This document shows positions 8,928 to 18,641 of a DNA stretch of 64,000 nt, one piece after another. The stretch is taken from positions 28,791-92,790 of the forward strand of contig JAHDYP010000002.1 in the NCBI GenBank assembly GCA_023383055.1, read 5' to 3'. The notes below the pieces were generated by a model. It was not told the DNA's origin. It saw only the letters and a list, made by a program, of their open reading frames with translations, and ran no database searches. The position numbers were made by a program, and so were the translations under genes. Numbering within the stretch: position 1 is the stretch's first letter; each line of letters begins with the position of its first letter. The DNA comes from Verrucomicrobiota bacterium. GTDB taxonomy: Bacteria > Verrucomicrobiota > Verrucomicrobiia > Limisphaerales > JAHDYP01.

Positions 8928-9236
8928 AAACTGCCGATCGTTTCCCGGGGGGTTGCCCAATAAAAAACGCCTCGAACCGTCAGTCGGAGGCGTTGGCGTT
9001 CGCAGGCGTCTTGCCGCGAACGCTACATCGTCGTCTCGTTGTTCTCACCGCAAAACACAGCACGAGCTTATGCCGACGCGCCTCTCCCTGGCAAATCGAT
9101 TCTCCGGCGCGGCATTACAAACCTGTAATCCTCCCGAAAGCCTCCCGTCACGATCCTCGGGTCAATTACCCTCGAGTGCTTGATGCGACATCAAAACCGT
9201 GAACGCCTATACGAACCAAGAAAGGACTAACCAGCC
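8928..9236 (-). promoter_or_regulatory. structured thrS 5' leader / possible attenuator (or an independent small RNA)
   Basis: This is the divergent spacer between htrA and thrS. It contains several stable hairpins: ATTACA-GGTT-TGTAAT at 9129-9114, GCGTTCGC-N12-GCGAACGC, and the terminal terminator. Confidence 0.45.
8961..8994 (-). terminator. intrinsic terminator-like hairpin plus U-tract inside the thrS 5' leader
   Basis: The minus strand reads AACGCCTC-N13-GAGGCGTT followed by TTTTTAT (stem arms at 8994-8987 and 8973-8966, T-run down to 8961). It lies about 35 nt upstream of the thrS ATG, and no upstream minus-strand gene is available for it to terminate. Confidence 0.6.
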
Positions 9237-10742
9237 ATGAATGCTCCCCAACATCCCCCATTCCGAAACCGAATCGCTCTGGTTCTCGCCATCGCCACCC
9301 TCGGCGCCGGCGGCGCCTGGGCCGTCAACCAGACCCTCGATGACCACGCGCTTCAGCTCAAAACCGTCCAGCTCAGCATCGACGACCGCCCGCTCCCGCG
9401 CGAGCATAAGGACAATAGTTACGCCCACGTCATCCAACGCGTCGGCCCCAGCGTCGTCCAGATCGATACCACCGCCCAAATCCAACCCGCTGCCCTGCCC
9501 GACTTTCCCGGCTGGAACCATCCCTTCTTCCGGCGGTTCTTCGACGAAAGCGCGCGCCCTCAGCCGCGACGCGAAATGCCCCGCCAAAGAGGCATCGGCT
9601 CCGGCGTCATCGTCACTCCGGATGGCTATATTCTCACCAACAATCACCTGGTCGAAAACGCCGATTCGGTCAACGTCACCTTCCCCGACGGCCGCCAACT
9701 CGAAGCCCGCATCGTGGGTAAAGACCCAAAAACCGATGTGGCCCTCCTTAAGGTCGATGCCGCGGACCTCCCTTACGTCACCATGGCCGATTCCGATCAA
9801 CTCGAAGTGGGCGATCTCGTGCTGGCCATCGGCAATCCCTTCGGCATCGGCCAGACCGTAACCATGGGCATCGTCAGCGCCACCGGCCGCGCCACGCTCG
9901 GACTTGACTATGAAGACTTCATTCAGACGGACGCCGCCATCAATCCCGGCAACTCCGGAGGAGCCCTAATCGATACCGCCGGCCGCCTCGTCGGCATCAA
10001 TACCGCCATCCTCAGCCGTTCCGGCGGCAACCAGGGCATCGGATTCGCCATCCCCGCCAACCTCGCCCGCAATGTCATGAGCGGCCTCGTCGCCGATGGC
10101 CGTGTCACCCGCGGTTACCTCGGCGTCATGATCCAGGACCTCAATCCCACTCTCGCCAGGGCCTTCAAACTCGAACGCGACCAGGGAGCTTTGATCAACG
10201 ATGTCGTGCCCAACGGCCCCGCCGACCAGGCCGGCCTGCGCCACGGCGACATCATCCTCGAGTTCAACCAGAAACCCGTCCCCGATAGCCGCCGGCTCAA
10301 GTTCGCCGTGGCTGCGGTCGCCCCCGGCGAATCCGTCCCGCTCCGGATCCATCGGGACGGCCAGCAGTTGAACCTCCAGGTCACCCTCCGCGAACTGCCC
10401 GGAGAACAACCCCTCGCCCATCACCAGCGCCCATCGAACCACGAAAACGCGAGGTTGAAGGGTGTCACCGTCACTGACCTCGACGACTCCAGCCGCGCCG
10501 AAGCCGGCCTCCCCAAGTCCGTCCTTGGCGCTCTCATCGCCCGGGTCGAACCCGATTCAGCCGCCCGTGAGGCCGGCCTCCAACCGGGCGACGTAATCCA
10601 GGAAATCGACCGGCAACCCGTGGAGAACGCCAGCGACGCCTTGCGCCTTACCCGGGACTCGAAACACCCGGCCACCCTGGTCCGTATCTGGCGTCAAGAC
10701 GGTAGCCGCTACGTCGTCGTGGACGAAACCCCGGCAGGCTGA
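9237..10742 (+). CDS. htrA: periplasmic serine endoprotease, DegP/HtrA (Do) family, two PDZ domains
   Basis: 501 aa with a signal-like N-terminus. Catalytic motifs TNNHLV and GNSGGALID are followed by two PDZ-like regions. Confidence 0.9.
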   Translation: MNAPQHPPFRNRIALVLAIATLGAGGAWAVNQTLDDHALQLKTVQLSIDDRPLPREHKDNSYAHVIQRVGPSVVQIDTTAQIQPAALPDFPGWNHPFFRRFFDESARPQPRREMPRQRGIGSGVIVTPDGYILTNNHLVENADSVNVTFPDGRQLEARIVGKDPKTDVALLKVDAADLPYVTMADSDQLEVGDLVLAIGNPFGIGQTVTMGIVSATGRATLGLDYEDFIQTDAAINPGNSGGALIDTAGRLVGINTAILSRSGGNQGIGFAIPANLARNVMSGLVADGRVTRGYLGVMIQDLNPTLARAFKLERDQGALINDVVPNGPADQAGLRHGDIILEFNQKPVPDSRRLKFAVAAVAPGESVPLRIHRDGQQLNLQVTLRELPGEQPLAHHQRPSNHENARLKGVTVTDLDDSSRAEAGLPKSVLGALIARVEPDSAAREAGLQPGDVIQEIDRQPVENASDALRLTRDSKHPATLVRIWRQDGSRYVVVDETPAG

Positions 10743-10855
10743 TGCCCGGCTGCACGGCACCCGCCTCTCCGGTTCCCCAGTGCGCCCAGCATCCACCTGC
10801 GGCGCACTTTCGTTAACGCTAACATCCCCCACAGCCATGCAGAGGACAGAGCGCA

Positions 10856-10907
10856 GACAGAGTGACAGGCTCGCAGGAGACACCGCAACAGACAGCGTGA
10901 CAGGTTC
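10856..10907 (+). repeat. two forward copies of the dispersed GTGACAGGYTC repeat
   Basis: GACAGAGTGACAGGCTC at 10856-10872 and GACAGCGTGACAGGTTC at 10891-10907. Confidence 0.9.
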
Positions 10908-10970
10908 GAAGTCCATCCAGCCGCAACCAGTTGGAAATCAACGGGATGACAGACTCTTGCTAAGTACCGG

Positions 10971-11080
10971 ACCCTGAACCTGTCACTCTATTCGCCGGCT
11001 GCAACAATGCCCAATACCATGAGCCTGTCACTCTATTCAATAGGATCGGAGCGGGCCGACCACGAGCCTGTCACTCTATT
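10971..11080 (-). repeat. three reverse-orientation copies of the dispersed GTGACAGGYTC repeat, spaced 45 and 43 bp apart
   Basis: On the plus strand: ACCCTGAACCTGTCACTCTATT (10971-10992), ACCATGAGCCTGTCACTCTATT (11016-11037) and ACCACGAGCCTGTCACTCTATT (11059-11080). Confidence 0.9.
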
Positions 11081-11168
11081 TGCATGGATGACCTTGGAAG
11101 AGCGTGTCTTTGGGTCCGAAGCCGCTTGTTCTGAGTGGCTTTTGCTTGATCCTGGTAGGGATGAACCG

Positions 11169-11855
11169 ATGATGAACTCCACCATGCGCATTCTGATCGT
11201 CGAGGACGATCCCAAGATTGCTTCGTTTGTGGTCAACGGCCTCAAGCAGACCGGCTACGCGGTGGATCATTCCGCCGATGGCGGAGAAGCCTTCGGCCTC
11301 GCCAGCACCATTGACTACGACGCCGCCGTGATCGACGTCATGCTCCCCACCCTCGACGGCCTCAGCCTCATCCGGCAGCTCCGCCAGCGGCAGCTTCGCA
11401 TTCCGGTCATCGTGCTCAGCGCCCGGGCTGCCGTCGACGATCGCATTCGCGGCCTGCAGGCCGGAGCGGACGATTACCTGACGAAACCATTCTCGTTTGC
11501 CGAACTCCTCGCCCGGATTCAGGCCCTGATCCGCCGGTCTTCGCATGCGGCGGAACCGACGCGGCTCACCGTGGGTGATCTGAGGCTCGATCTCGTTGAA
11601 CGAACCGTCCATCGAGGGCTGGAAGCTATTGAGCTGCAACCGCGGGAGTTTGCCCTGCTTGAATACCTCATGCGCAATGCAAAGCGGGTCGTGACCAAAA
11701 CCATGATCCTCGAGCACATCTTCGACTACAGCTTCGACCCGCAAACCAACGTGGTTGACGTCCTGGTTCATCGCCTGCGCGCCAAGGTAGATCCCGATAA
11801 ACGCCGCATCCACACCTTGCGTGGGGTAGGTTACGTCCTGCGGCCCAAGGAGTAA
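11169..11855 (+). CDS. OmpR/PhoB-family response regulator (CusR/CopR-like)
   Basis: [25 protein letters not shown] is a receiver domain, and the winged-helix output ends in RGVGYVLR. The track ORF opens at 11007 inside the repeat array; ATG 11169/11172/11184 are the realistic starts. Confidence 0.9.
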   Translation: MMNSTMRILIVEDDPKIASFVVNGLKQTGYAVDHSADGGEAFGLASTIDYDAAVIDVMLPTLDGLSLIRQLRQRQLRIPVIVLSARAAVDDRIRGLQAGADDYLTKPFSFAELLARIQALIRRSSHAAEPTRLTVGDLRLDLVERTVHRGLEAIELQPREFALLEYLMRNAKRVVTKTMILEHIFDYSFDPQTNVVDVLVHRLRAKVDPDKRRIHTLRGVGYVLRPKE

Positions 11856-13270
11856 TGGCCACACCCTTTCAAAACGTGTTGCGCAGCATCAGCCTTCGCC
11901 TGAGCCTGTGGTACGCACTCGTCTTTTCCCTGAGCACGGCCGCGCTCTTCGGCCTGGCCTACTATCTCCTGGTCCAAGCCGTCGGTCGCAAGGATCTCGA
12001 AGTGCTCGAAGCCAAAATGCAGGAATACGCCGCCACCTACGCCGCCGGCGGCTTACCCGCCCTACAAGCCGTGGTCTATCGCGAGGACCAGCAAGGCCCC
12101 CAGAGATCGCTCTTCGTCCGCCTGGTCAACCGACGTAACGACGTCACCTTCGCCAAAGTCCCCGAGGATTGGCTGACCTTTAGTCAAGTCGACCCCGGCT
12201 GGGCTGGCCAACGATACTCGGTCGGTTCACTTCGCATCCCCCGCGATGCCGAGCGCGACTTCATGCTCTCGTCCCAACGCCTGGCGGACGGGTCCCTGCT
12301 CCAGATCGGCCGCAGCACCAACAGCCGCGATGCCGTGCTCCACCCCTTCCGCCGCAGTTTCCTGATTGTCGGCGGCGCCATGCTGCTAACCGGCCTGCTG
12401 GCGGGAACGGTCTTTGCCCAGCGCGCCACCGCCCCCGTCCGTCAACTCGTCGCCACCGCCCGGGATATTGTCCGCACGGGCAATCTCGACGCCCGCGTGC
12501 CCACCCGCCTTTCGCACGATGAGCTCGATGAAATGGTGGGTCTCTTCAATACCATGCTCGATCGCAACGCCCGACTCATCCGCGGCATGCGGGAAGCCCT
12601 CGACAACGTCGCGCACGACCTTCGCACTCCGCTCACCCGATTGCGGGCCACCGCCGAGAGCGCCCTCCAGGGGGAGTCCAACTGCTCGAGCCAGGATGCC
12701 CTCGCCGAGTGCCTCGAAGAATCCGACCGCGTCCTGAGCATGCTCAAAACGCTCATGGATGTCACCGAAGCCGAAACCGGCGTGCTGAAACTCGATCGCC
12801 GGAACTTCGATCTCACCCAACTCCTTCGCGAGGTGATCGATCTCTATCAGTGCGTGGCCGAGGAACGTCAGATCACCGTTCAATTTGAAGCCACCGCCCC
12901 TTGCCAGGCCCACGTGGATCCGTTACGCATCCGCCAGGCCTTCGCCAATCTCCTCGACAACGCCCTCAAGTACACCCCCGCGGGCGGACTGGTCCTGATC
13001 CAGGCCGACTCCACGCCCGCGCGCAGCCGAGTCCGATTCAAAGACAACGGCATCGGCATTCCCGCGGACGAACAACCCAGGATCTGGAACCGCCTCTACC
13101 GGGGTGACAAGAGCCGCACTCAACGCGGGCTCGGGCTCGGGCTCAGCCTCGTCAAAGCGATCGTTGAAGCCCATGCCGGCAGCGTCTCCGTCCAGAGCCT
13201 GCCGGGCCATGGCGCCGAATTCATCGTCGAATTGCCTCCCCCGGCGGCGCGCCCGTGTGACGTCACTTGA
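11855..13270 (+). CDS. sensor histidine kinase (two TM segments, HAMP, HisKA, HATPase_c; heavy-metal-sensor-like architecture)
   Basis: 471 aa. The H-box is [13 protein letters not shown], with N and G boxes ([26 protein letters not shown]). Its start overlaps the regulator stop by 1 nt (TAATG). Confidence 0.9.
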   Translation: MATPFQNVLRSISLRLSLWYALVFSLSTAALFGLAYYLLVQAVGRKDLEVLEAKMQEYAATYAAGGLPALQAVVYREDQQGPQRSLFVRLVNRRNDVTFAKVPEDWLTFSQVDPGWAGQRYSVGSLRIPRDAERDFMLSSQRLADGSLLQIGRSTNSRDAVLHPFRRSFLIVGGAMLLTGLLAGTVFAQRATAPVRQLVATARDIVRTGNLDARVPTRLSHDELDEMVGLFNTMLDRNARLIRGMREALDNVAHDLRTPLTRLRATAESALQGESNCSSQDALAECLEESDRVLSMLKTLMDVTEAETGVLKLDRRNFDLTQLLREVIDLYQCVAEERQITVQFEATAPCQAHVDPLRIRQAFANLLDNALKYTPAGGLVLIQADSTPARSRVRFKDNGIGIPADEQPRIWNRLYRGDKSRTQRGLGLGLSLVKAIVEAHAGSVSVQSLPGHGAEFIVELPPPAARPCDVT

Positions 13271-13306
13271 CAGCCACGCACGTCAAGGCATCTCAGGCGC
13301 ATCCCG

Positions 13307-13759
13307 CTAATCCTCGAGCCGTTTCTCCACCCGGATCTGATACAAGTAACGGATGACTTTGCCGGTGACCACCGGCTGCCGCTCCGCCGCCTCCCGCCTC
13401 GCTGTTTCCGTCTCCGCCCGGATCTTCTCCAATTCCCCCGCGTCGAGCCAATACCCCCCGCACCCGGGACATTCGTCGATTTCCACTTGCCGCCGGGGAC
13501 TGTAATAACGCCGCTTCAGCTTCACGCCGTCACAGCGTGGACAATCCCGTTTACGCTGCGGATCCACCTGGATCCGCCGCTCATGGTCGACCTCCAGCAA
13601 CCATTCACCTGCCGTCTCGTGTTCCTCGTCCACGCGCTGCAGTTCGAATGCGTCGAACCAAATGCCCCCGCAACTGCGGCAGACATCGACGGCGACCGCA
13701 CCCACCTGAGTGAGAGTCAAGGCATTGAAACAGGCCGGACATTTGATCGGTTGGTTCAT
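13307..13759 (-). CDS. double zinc-ribbon (TFIIB-type zf) protein
   Basis: 150 aa with two CPxC...CxxCGGxWxDxxEL modules: CPACF..CRSCGGIWFDAFEL and CPRCD..CPGCGGYWLDAGEL. Confidence 0.65.
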   Translation of the reverse strand: MNQPIKCPACFNALTLTQVGAVAVDVCRSCGGIWFDAFELQRVDEEHETAGEWLLEVDHERRIQVDPQRKRDCPRCDGVKLKRRYYSPRRQVEIDECPGCGGYWLDAGELEKIRAETETARREAAERQPVVTGKVIRYLYQIRVEKRLED

Positions 13760-13996
13760 CGTGTCACTCCAGAAAGCTCAAGCATCGCCAAGCCGATGCG
13801 ATTCCGCTCCCGCCCCCATGTCGTTGGCACGGCCAAGATCACTGGCCCCTCTTTCCGCGGACGTCCAAGCAACCGGCGGCCTGACGGTGGATACCCTAAC
13901 CGACTCATCACCCATTGGCAAACCTACTTTATCCGCGCCCCAACCTTTCCTCCCCGCGAGATTGAACCCCGTTCCCACTCCTGACTACACTCGCGC

Positions 13997-14689
13997 ATGG
14001 ATTGGCGCTCGGACTGTTGCGTGGTCATCCCTTGTCTCAACGAGGCGCTGGCCATCCGCGACCTCGTCTCCCGCGTCCAGAGCCACTTCTCCCACATCCT
14101 CGTGGTCGACGACGGTTCCACCGACGGCACCGGCGCTTTCGCGCAGGCCGCCGGCGCCCGGGTCCTCCGCCATGACCATCCCCAAGGCAAAGGCTCCGCC
14201 CTCGTTCATGGCTGGACGACGGCGCGTCAGCAAGGGTTCACCTGGGCAATGACCATGGATGGTGACGGCCAGCATGCGCCCGAGGATCTCCCGGCTTTCC
14301 TCCAATGCGCCGAACAAACCGGCGCCCGCCTCATCGTGGGCAATCGCATGACCCATCCCGCGGGCATGCCCTGGCTCCGTCGCCAGGTCAACCGCTGGAT
14401 GAGCCGCCAACTCTCCCGCCTCGCCGGCTGCGAACTCCCGGACACTCAGAACGGCTTTCGCCTCATGCACCTCGATTCCTGGACCAACCTCACCACCACG
14501 GCCGGCCATTTCGAAATCGAATCCGAAATCCTCTGGCGCTTCGCTCGAGCCGGTCACCCCATCCGATTCATACCGGTCCGGGTCATCTACGAGCGCGAGC
14601 GCAGCAAAATCCATCCGCTCCGTGATACGCTTCGCTGGCTGCGATGGTACCGCGACGCCTGTGGCGAATCCCGCACCCGCTCGCGGTAG
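13997..14689 (+). CDS. family 2 glycosyltransferase (dolichyl-phosphate sugar synthase-like)
   Basis: 230 aa. VVIPCLNEA...VVDDGSTDGT...GKGSAL..DGDGQH is the GT-A fold signature. Confidence 0.8.
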   Translation: MDWRSDCCVVIPCLNEALAIRDLVSRVQSHFSHILVVDDGSTDGTGAFAQAAGARVLRHDHPQGKGSALVHGWTTARQQGFTWAMTMDGDGQHAPEDLPAFLQCAEQTGARLIVGNRMTHPAGMPWLRRQVNRWMSRQLSRLAGCELPDTQNGFRLMHLDSWTNLTTTAGHFEIESEILWRFARAGHPIRFIPVRVIYERERSKIHPLRDTLRWLRWYRDACGESRTRSR

Positions 14690-14808
14690 GCCGCCTGCCG
14701 ACCCCTCCCAAAACCGCATTACCGCCGACGCACTCCCTGCCCCCCAGCGGCCGGCCCGTGCTTTCTCCTTGCCTGCCACCCGTGCCGATTCCCATCCTCC
14801 ACCCACGC

Positions 14809-15258
14809 ATGACCGCCAACGCGACTCGCTCTTTCCGGTTCCGGGCACCGAGCCTCGGGGTCGTAATGCGTTTTGTTGGCGTCGTGGCCACGGCTTTCCT
14901 CGTTGGTTGGGTGCTGAATCGCACCGCGGTGACGCTCGAAAAACGGCCGGAACCGGCCGGGTTCGTCCGGGGTGTCGTCCAGGGAGCCCTCATGCCATGC
15001 ACCCTGCCCGCCCTGCTGCTGGGTCACGACGTGGCCATCTACACCTCCCATAACAACGGCGTTCCCTATAAACGCGGCTACACCGTCGGCGTCAACTTGT
15101 GCGGGGCGGCCTTCTTCGGTCTGCTCTACCGGCGGATCAACCGTTGGCGCAATCGCCATGCTTCACCGCCACAGTCCCCATCGCGGGCTTTACCCGCGGA
15201 CTCGGCTCTCTCGACAACGGCCGCCGCTCATCACCCCGAGGCCACCACCCATCCATAA
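14809..15258 (+). CDS. hypothetical small membrane protein (weak call)
   Basis: Two hydrophobic segments are present (VVATAFLVGWVL, GVNLCGAAFFGLL). The start is uncertain (ATG 14809 or 14866) and I recognise no family. Confidence 0.35.
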   Translation: MTANATRSFRFRAPSLGVVMRFVGVVATAFLVGWVLNRTAVTLEKRPEPAGFVRGVVQGALMPCTLPALLLGHDVAIYTSHNNGVPYKRGYTVGVNLCGAAFFGLLYRRINRWRNRHASPPQSPSRALPADSALSTTAAAHHPEATTHP

Positions 15259-15288
15259 CCCGATCCCACCCGCGGGCACGGTTGTCCC

Positions 15289-16878
15289 TCACGCTCCGGA
15301 CGCTGGTTTCTTCGCGAACAACGCCGAACCCGGTTGCCCATCGCGGCATTGCATCAAGGCACGGCCGTTGGCCGCCAAATGTTCCAGGTGCAAATAAATG
15401 GTCTCCACCTGGTCGGACGCGTCCAACCCGGCTGCGAGCGCCTCCGCGGTCTGCGGCTGTTCCCCGAGCGCACCCAGGATCCGTCGCTGAAGGTCCAGCA
15501 CGACGGCGGCTGCCCTCTTGCCCGCCTCGACGCCCGGCTGATGATAGGCATTGATGCCCACCAGGCTGGCGTAGAACCCGACCGCGCGCTCGAACAACGC
15601 GATCAGCGCCCCAACCGTCCTGGCCTCGACCCTCGGCACCGTAATGGTAATTGATTCACGGTCATTGTCGAAGAGCGCCGACCGCGTTCCCAGCAGGAAA
15701 CCGTGAAGATAATCCCCGCTGGTCACCTGGGGATCGACTTCGAGGGCACACCCCCCGGATTCGAGCACCCGCACGAACACCACGAAAAAGTTATTCACCC
15801 CATCCCGGAGCTGCTGGACATAGGCGTGCTGATCCGTGGAACCTTTGTTGCCGTAAACGGTCAAGCCCTGGTCGACCCGCTCACCCCGCAGGTTGAGCCG
15901 CTTGCCCAGCGATTCCATGATCAACTGCTGCAGATACCGGCCCAGCAAGACCAGCCGGTCCTTATACGGCAGCACGACCATGTCTTTCGCGCCCTTCCCA
16001 CCCGTCGCCTGATACCACATCAACGCCAGCAAGGCCGCCGGGTTCCGCCGGGTATCCTTCAACCGCGTGGCCTCGTCGCACGCCGCCGCCCCGGCCAGCA
16101 ATCCGTCGATGTCGATCCCCTGCAACGCGGCGGGCAGCAAGCCCACCGCCGAAGTCTCGCTGGTCCGACCGCCCACCCAGTCGAACATCGGCACGCGCGC
16201 CAGCCACCCTTCCTGCTCCGCTGACCGGTCCAGCTTCGACCCCGGCATGGTGATCGCCATCGCGTGCTTCGCGAACTCGAGCCCGGCAGCCCGGTAAGCC
16301 TCGGCGACCACGAGCATCCCGTTGCGTGTTTCCGGGGTGCCGCCGCTCTTGCTGGTAACAATGCAGAGGGTCTCGCCCAGCTTCCCCTGCAACCGGTCCA
16401 ACACCCGCCGAATCCCGTCCGGATCCGTGTTGTCGATGAACTCCACCGGCAGTCTGTCCTGCGTCGTCCCCAAAGAATCGGCCACGAACATCGGCCCCAG
16501 CGCCGATCCCCCAATCCCGATCGAGAGCACCCGGGTAAATGCCGGGGCCGAAGGGGGCCGAATCCGTCGATCATGCACGTCCGCCGCGAGCCGTTTCACC
16601 GCCGCCAGCGATTGGCGGATCTCGGCCGCCAGGGCCGGCGTCGGCGCCAACTGCGGCGCGCGCAGCCAATAGTGTCCGACCATTCGCTGTTCGTCCGGAT
16701 TGGCGATCGCGCCGCCTTCGAGAGCTTCCATCGCCTGAAACGCCCGCTGCATCGCCGGCTCCATCCGCTCGAAAAAATCGTCCGAAAACCGCATCCGACT
16801 CGGGTCGACCGACAAGTCGATCCCGGAAACCGTGCACCGATGCGTCTGATACCGCTGCCAGAGTTGAGTTGCGTTCAT
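15289..16878 (-). CDS. pgi: glucose-6-phosphate isomerase
   Basis: 529 aa with PGI sequence throughout ([55 protein letters not shown]). Confidence 0.9.
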   Translation of the reverse strand: MNATQLWQRYQTHRCTVSGIDLSVDPSRMRFSDDFFERMEPAMQRAFQAMEALEGGAIANPDEQRMVGHYWLRAPQLAPTPALAAEIRQSLAAVKRLAADVHDRRIRPPSAPAFTRVLSIGIGGSALGPMFVADSLGTTQDRLPVEFIDNTDPDGIRRVLDRLQGKLGETLCIVTSKSGGTPETRNGMLVVAEAYRAAGLEFAKHAMAITMPGSKLDRSAEQEGWLARVPMFDWVGGRTSETSAVGLLPAALQGIDIDGLLAGAAACDEATRLKDTRRNPAALLALMWYQATGGKGAKDMVVLPYKDRLVLLGRYLQQLIMESLGKRLNLRGERVDQGLTVYGNKGSTDQHAYVQQLRDGVNNFFVVFVRVLESGGCALEVDPQVTSGDYLHGFLLGTRSALFDNDRESITITVPRVEARTVGALIALFERAVGFYASLVGINAYHQPGVEAGKRAAAVVLDLQRRILGALGEQPQTAEALAAGLDASDQVETIYLHLEHLAANGRALMQCRDGQPGSALFAKKPASGA

Positions 16879-16924
16879 GCTTTGCCAGACCGTTAAATAC
16901 TCAAGTTTCCCGCCGCCTCATGAT

Positions 16925-18568
16925 TCATTCCGCCAGCGCCTGGCCAACCAGCTCCCGCGCCGCCCGCACCAACGCCTGAAGATGCGCTTCCGAACGGAAA
17001 CTCTCCGCGTAGAGCTTGTAGAGATTCTCCGTGCCGGACGGCCGCGCCGCAAACCAGCCGTTCGCGGTGGTCACCTTCAACCCGCCCAGCGCCGCATGGT
17101 TGCCCGGGGCCCGCGTCATCCGCGCCGTGATCGGATCACCCGCCAACTCCGCGGTGCGGACCGCCTCCGGCGTTAGCTTGACGAAGGCCGCCTTCTGCTC
17201 GCGCGTAATCGGTGTGTCAATCCGCGTGTAGTACGGCGCTCCCAGTTCCGCGCTCAGGATCGCGTAGTGCCGCGCCGGGTCCTTGCCCGTCCGCGCCGTG
17301 ATCTCCGCCGCCAGCAAGCCCAGGATCAGACCGTCCTTGTCGCTGCTCCAGACCGTGCCGTCGAACCGCAGAAAGCTGGCTCCGGCGCTCTCTTCACCGC
17401 CGAAACATACCGTCCCATCGCAAAGCCCGGGTGCAAACCACTTGAACCCCACCGGCACCTCGTTGAGCTTCCGGCCGCGCCGCGCCACCACGCGATCGAT
17501 GATCGCGCTGCTGACCGCGGTCTTGCCGACCACCGCCGAAACCGGCCACTTGGGACGATGCGTCAGCAAGTAATCAATCGCCACCGCCAGGTAGTGATTC
17601 GGATTCAGCAACCCCGCCGATGGTGTCACAATCCCGTGCCGATCCGCGTCCGGGTCGTTGCCAAAGGCGATGTCGAACCGATCCTTCAAACCGATCAAAC
17701 CGGCCATGGCGTACGGGCTCGAACAGTCCATGCGGATCTTGCCGTCATGATCGAGGGTCATGAACCCGAACCGCGGATCGACCCGGGTGTTCACCACCGT
17801 CAGGTCAATCCCGTGACGCCGCTGAATCGGTTCCCAATAGGGCAGACCGGCCCCACCCAGCGGATCGATTCCGATGCGCACCCCGGCCGATCGGATGACA
17901 TCGAAGTCGATCACCGCCGACAACTCCGTCACGTAAGGCAATATCAGGTCCACCTGATGCGTGGTCGACACCCGCAAAGCCCGCGCATAATCGATCCGCT
18001 TCACCCCCGCGTTGCCCCCGCGGAGCAACTCGTTCGCCCGCTCCTGCACCCAGCCGGTGACGTCCGTGTCCGCCGGCCCGCCATGCGGCGGGTTGTACTT
18101 GAAGCCGCCGTCCGCCGGCGGATTGTGCGACGGCGTGATCACCACCCCATCGGCCGGCCGCTCGGGATGCGCCCGGTTATGCGCCAGAATCGCCCGGGAG
18201 ATCGAGGGCGTGGGTGTGAACCCGCCCCCTTCCTGCACGCAGACCTCGACCTCGTTGGCCGCGAGCACCTCCAGCGCGGTCCGCTGCGCCGGTTCCGAAA
18301 GAGCATGAGTGTCTTTCCCCATGAACAAGGGTCCGGTCACCCCCCGGCTTCGACGCAGCTCGCAAATCGCCTGAGCGATCGCCGCGATGTGCGCTTCGTT
18401 GAACGTCCCCTGCGCCGCGTTCCCGCGGTGCCCGCTCGTGCCGAAACTGACCAGTTGCGCCGGGTTTTCCGAATCCGGCTTCTTTTCGTAATAGTCCCGT
18501 TCCAGCTGTGCGACATCGATCAACATCGATGCCGGTGCGGTTTTCCCCGCCAGTTCATGGATCGCCAT
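16925..18568 (-). CDS. pgm: alpha-D-glucose phosphate-specific phosphoglucomutase
   Basis: [17 protein letters not shown] (active-site Ser), [15 protein letters not shown] and GGEESAG. The track ORF starts 18 codons upstream, at 18622. Confidence 0.9.
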   Translation of the reverse strand: MAIHELAGKTAPASMLIDVAQLERDYYEKKPDSENPAQLVSFGTSGHRGNAAQGTFNEAHIAAIAQAICELRRSRGVTGPLFMGKDTHALSEPAQRTALEVLAANEVEVCVQEGGGFTPTPSISRAILAHNRAHPERPADGVVITPSHNPPADGGFKYNPPHGGPADTDVTGWVQERANELLRGGNAGVKRIDYARALRVSTTHQVDLILPYVTELSAVIDFDVIRSAGVRIGIDPLGGAGLPYWEPIQRRHGIDLTVVNTRVDPRFGFMTLDHDGKIRMDCSSPYAMAGLIGLKDRFDIAFGNDPDADRHGIVTPSAGLLNPNHYLAVAIDYLLTHRPKWPVSAVVGKTAVSSAIIDRVVARRGRKLNEVPVGFKWFAPGLCDGTVCFGGEESAGASFLRFDGTVWSSDKDGLILGLLAAEITARTGKDPARHYAILSAELGAPYYTRIDTPITREQKAAFVKLTPEAVRTAELAGDPITARMTRAPGNHAALGGLKVTTANGWFAARPSGTENLYKLYAESFRSEAHLQALVRAARELVGQALAE

Positions 18569-18641
18569 AGTGCATCTCTTTCGGTTGCTTCCGATGCTTG
18601 GCGGCCCGGACGAACACGTCAAGGCGCAAGCGCGTTTTCCC

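Noticed and set aside
8928-9236. Calling the thrS leader a T-box riboswitch
   Set aside because: I could not find the conserved T-box sequence (AANNNGGGUGGNACCGCG) or a convincing Stem I with a specifier loop/AG-box arrangement. It is kept only as an unclassified terminator-containing leader.
10856-11080. CRISPR array interpretation of the GTGACAGG repeat clusters (also at 32061-32616 and 62104-62217)
   Set aside because: The conserved unit is only about 17-22 bp. Spacing is irregular (23 to about 380 bp). Copies occur in both orientations within one cluster. No cas genes are present in the window.
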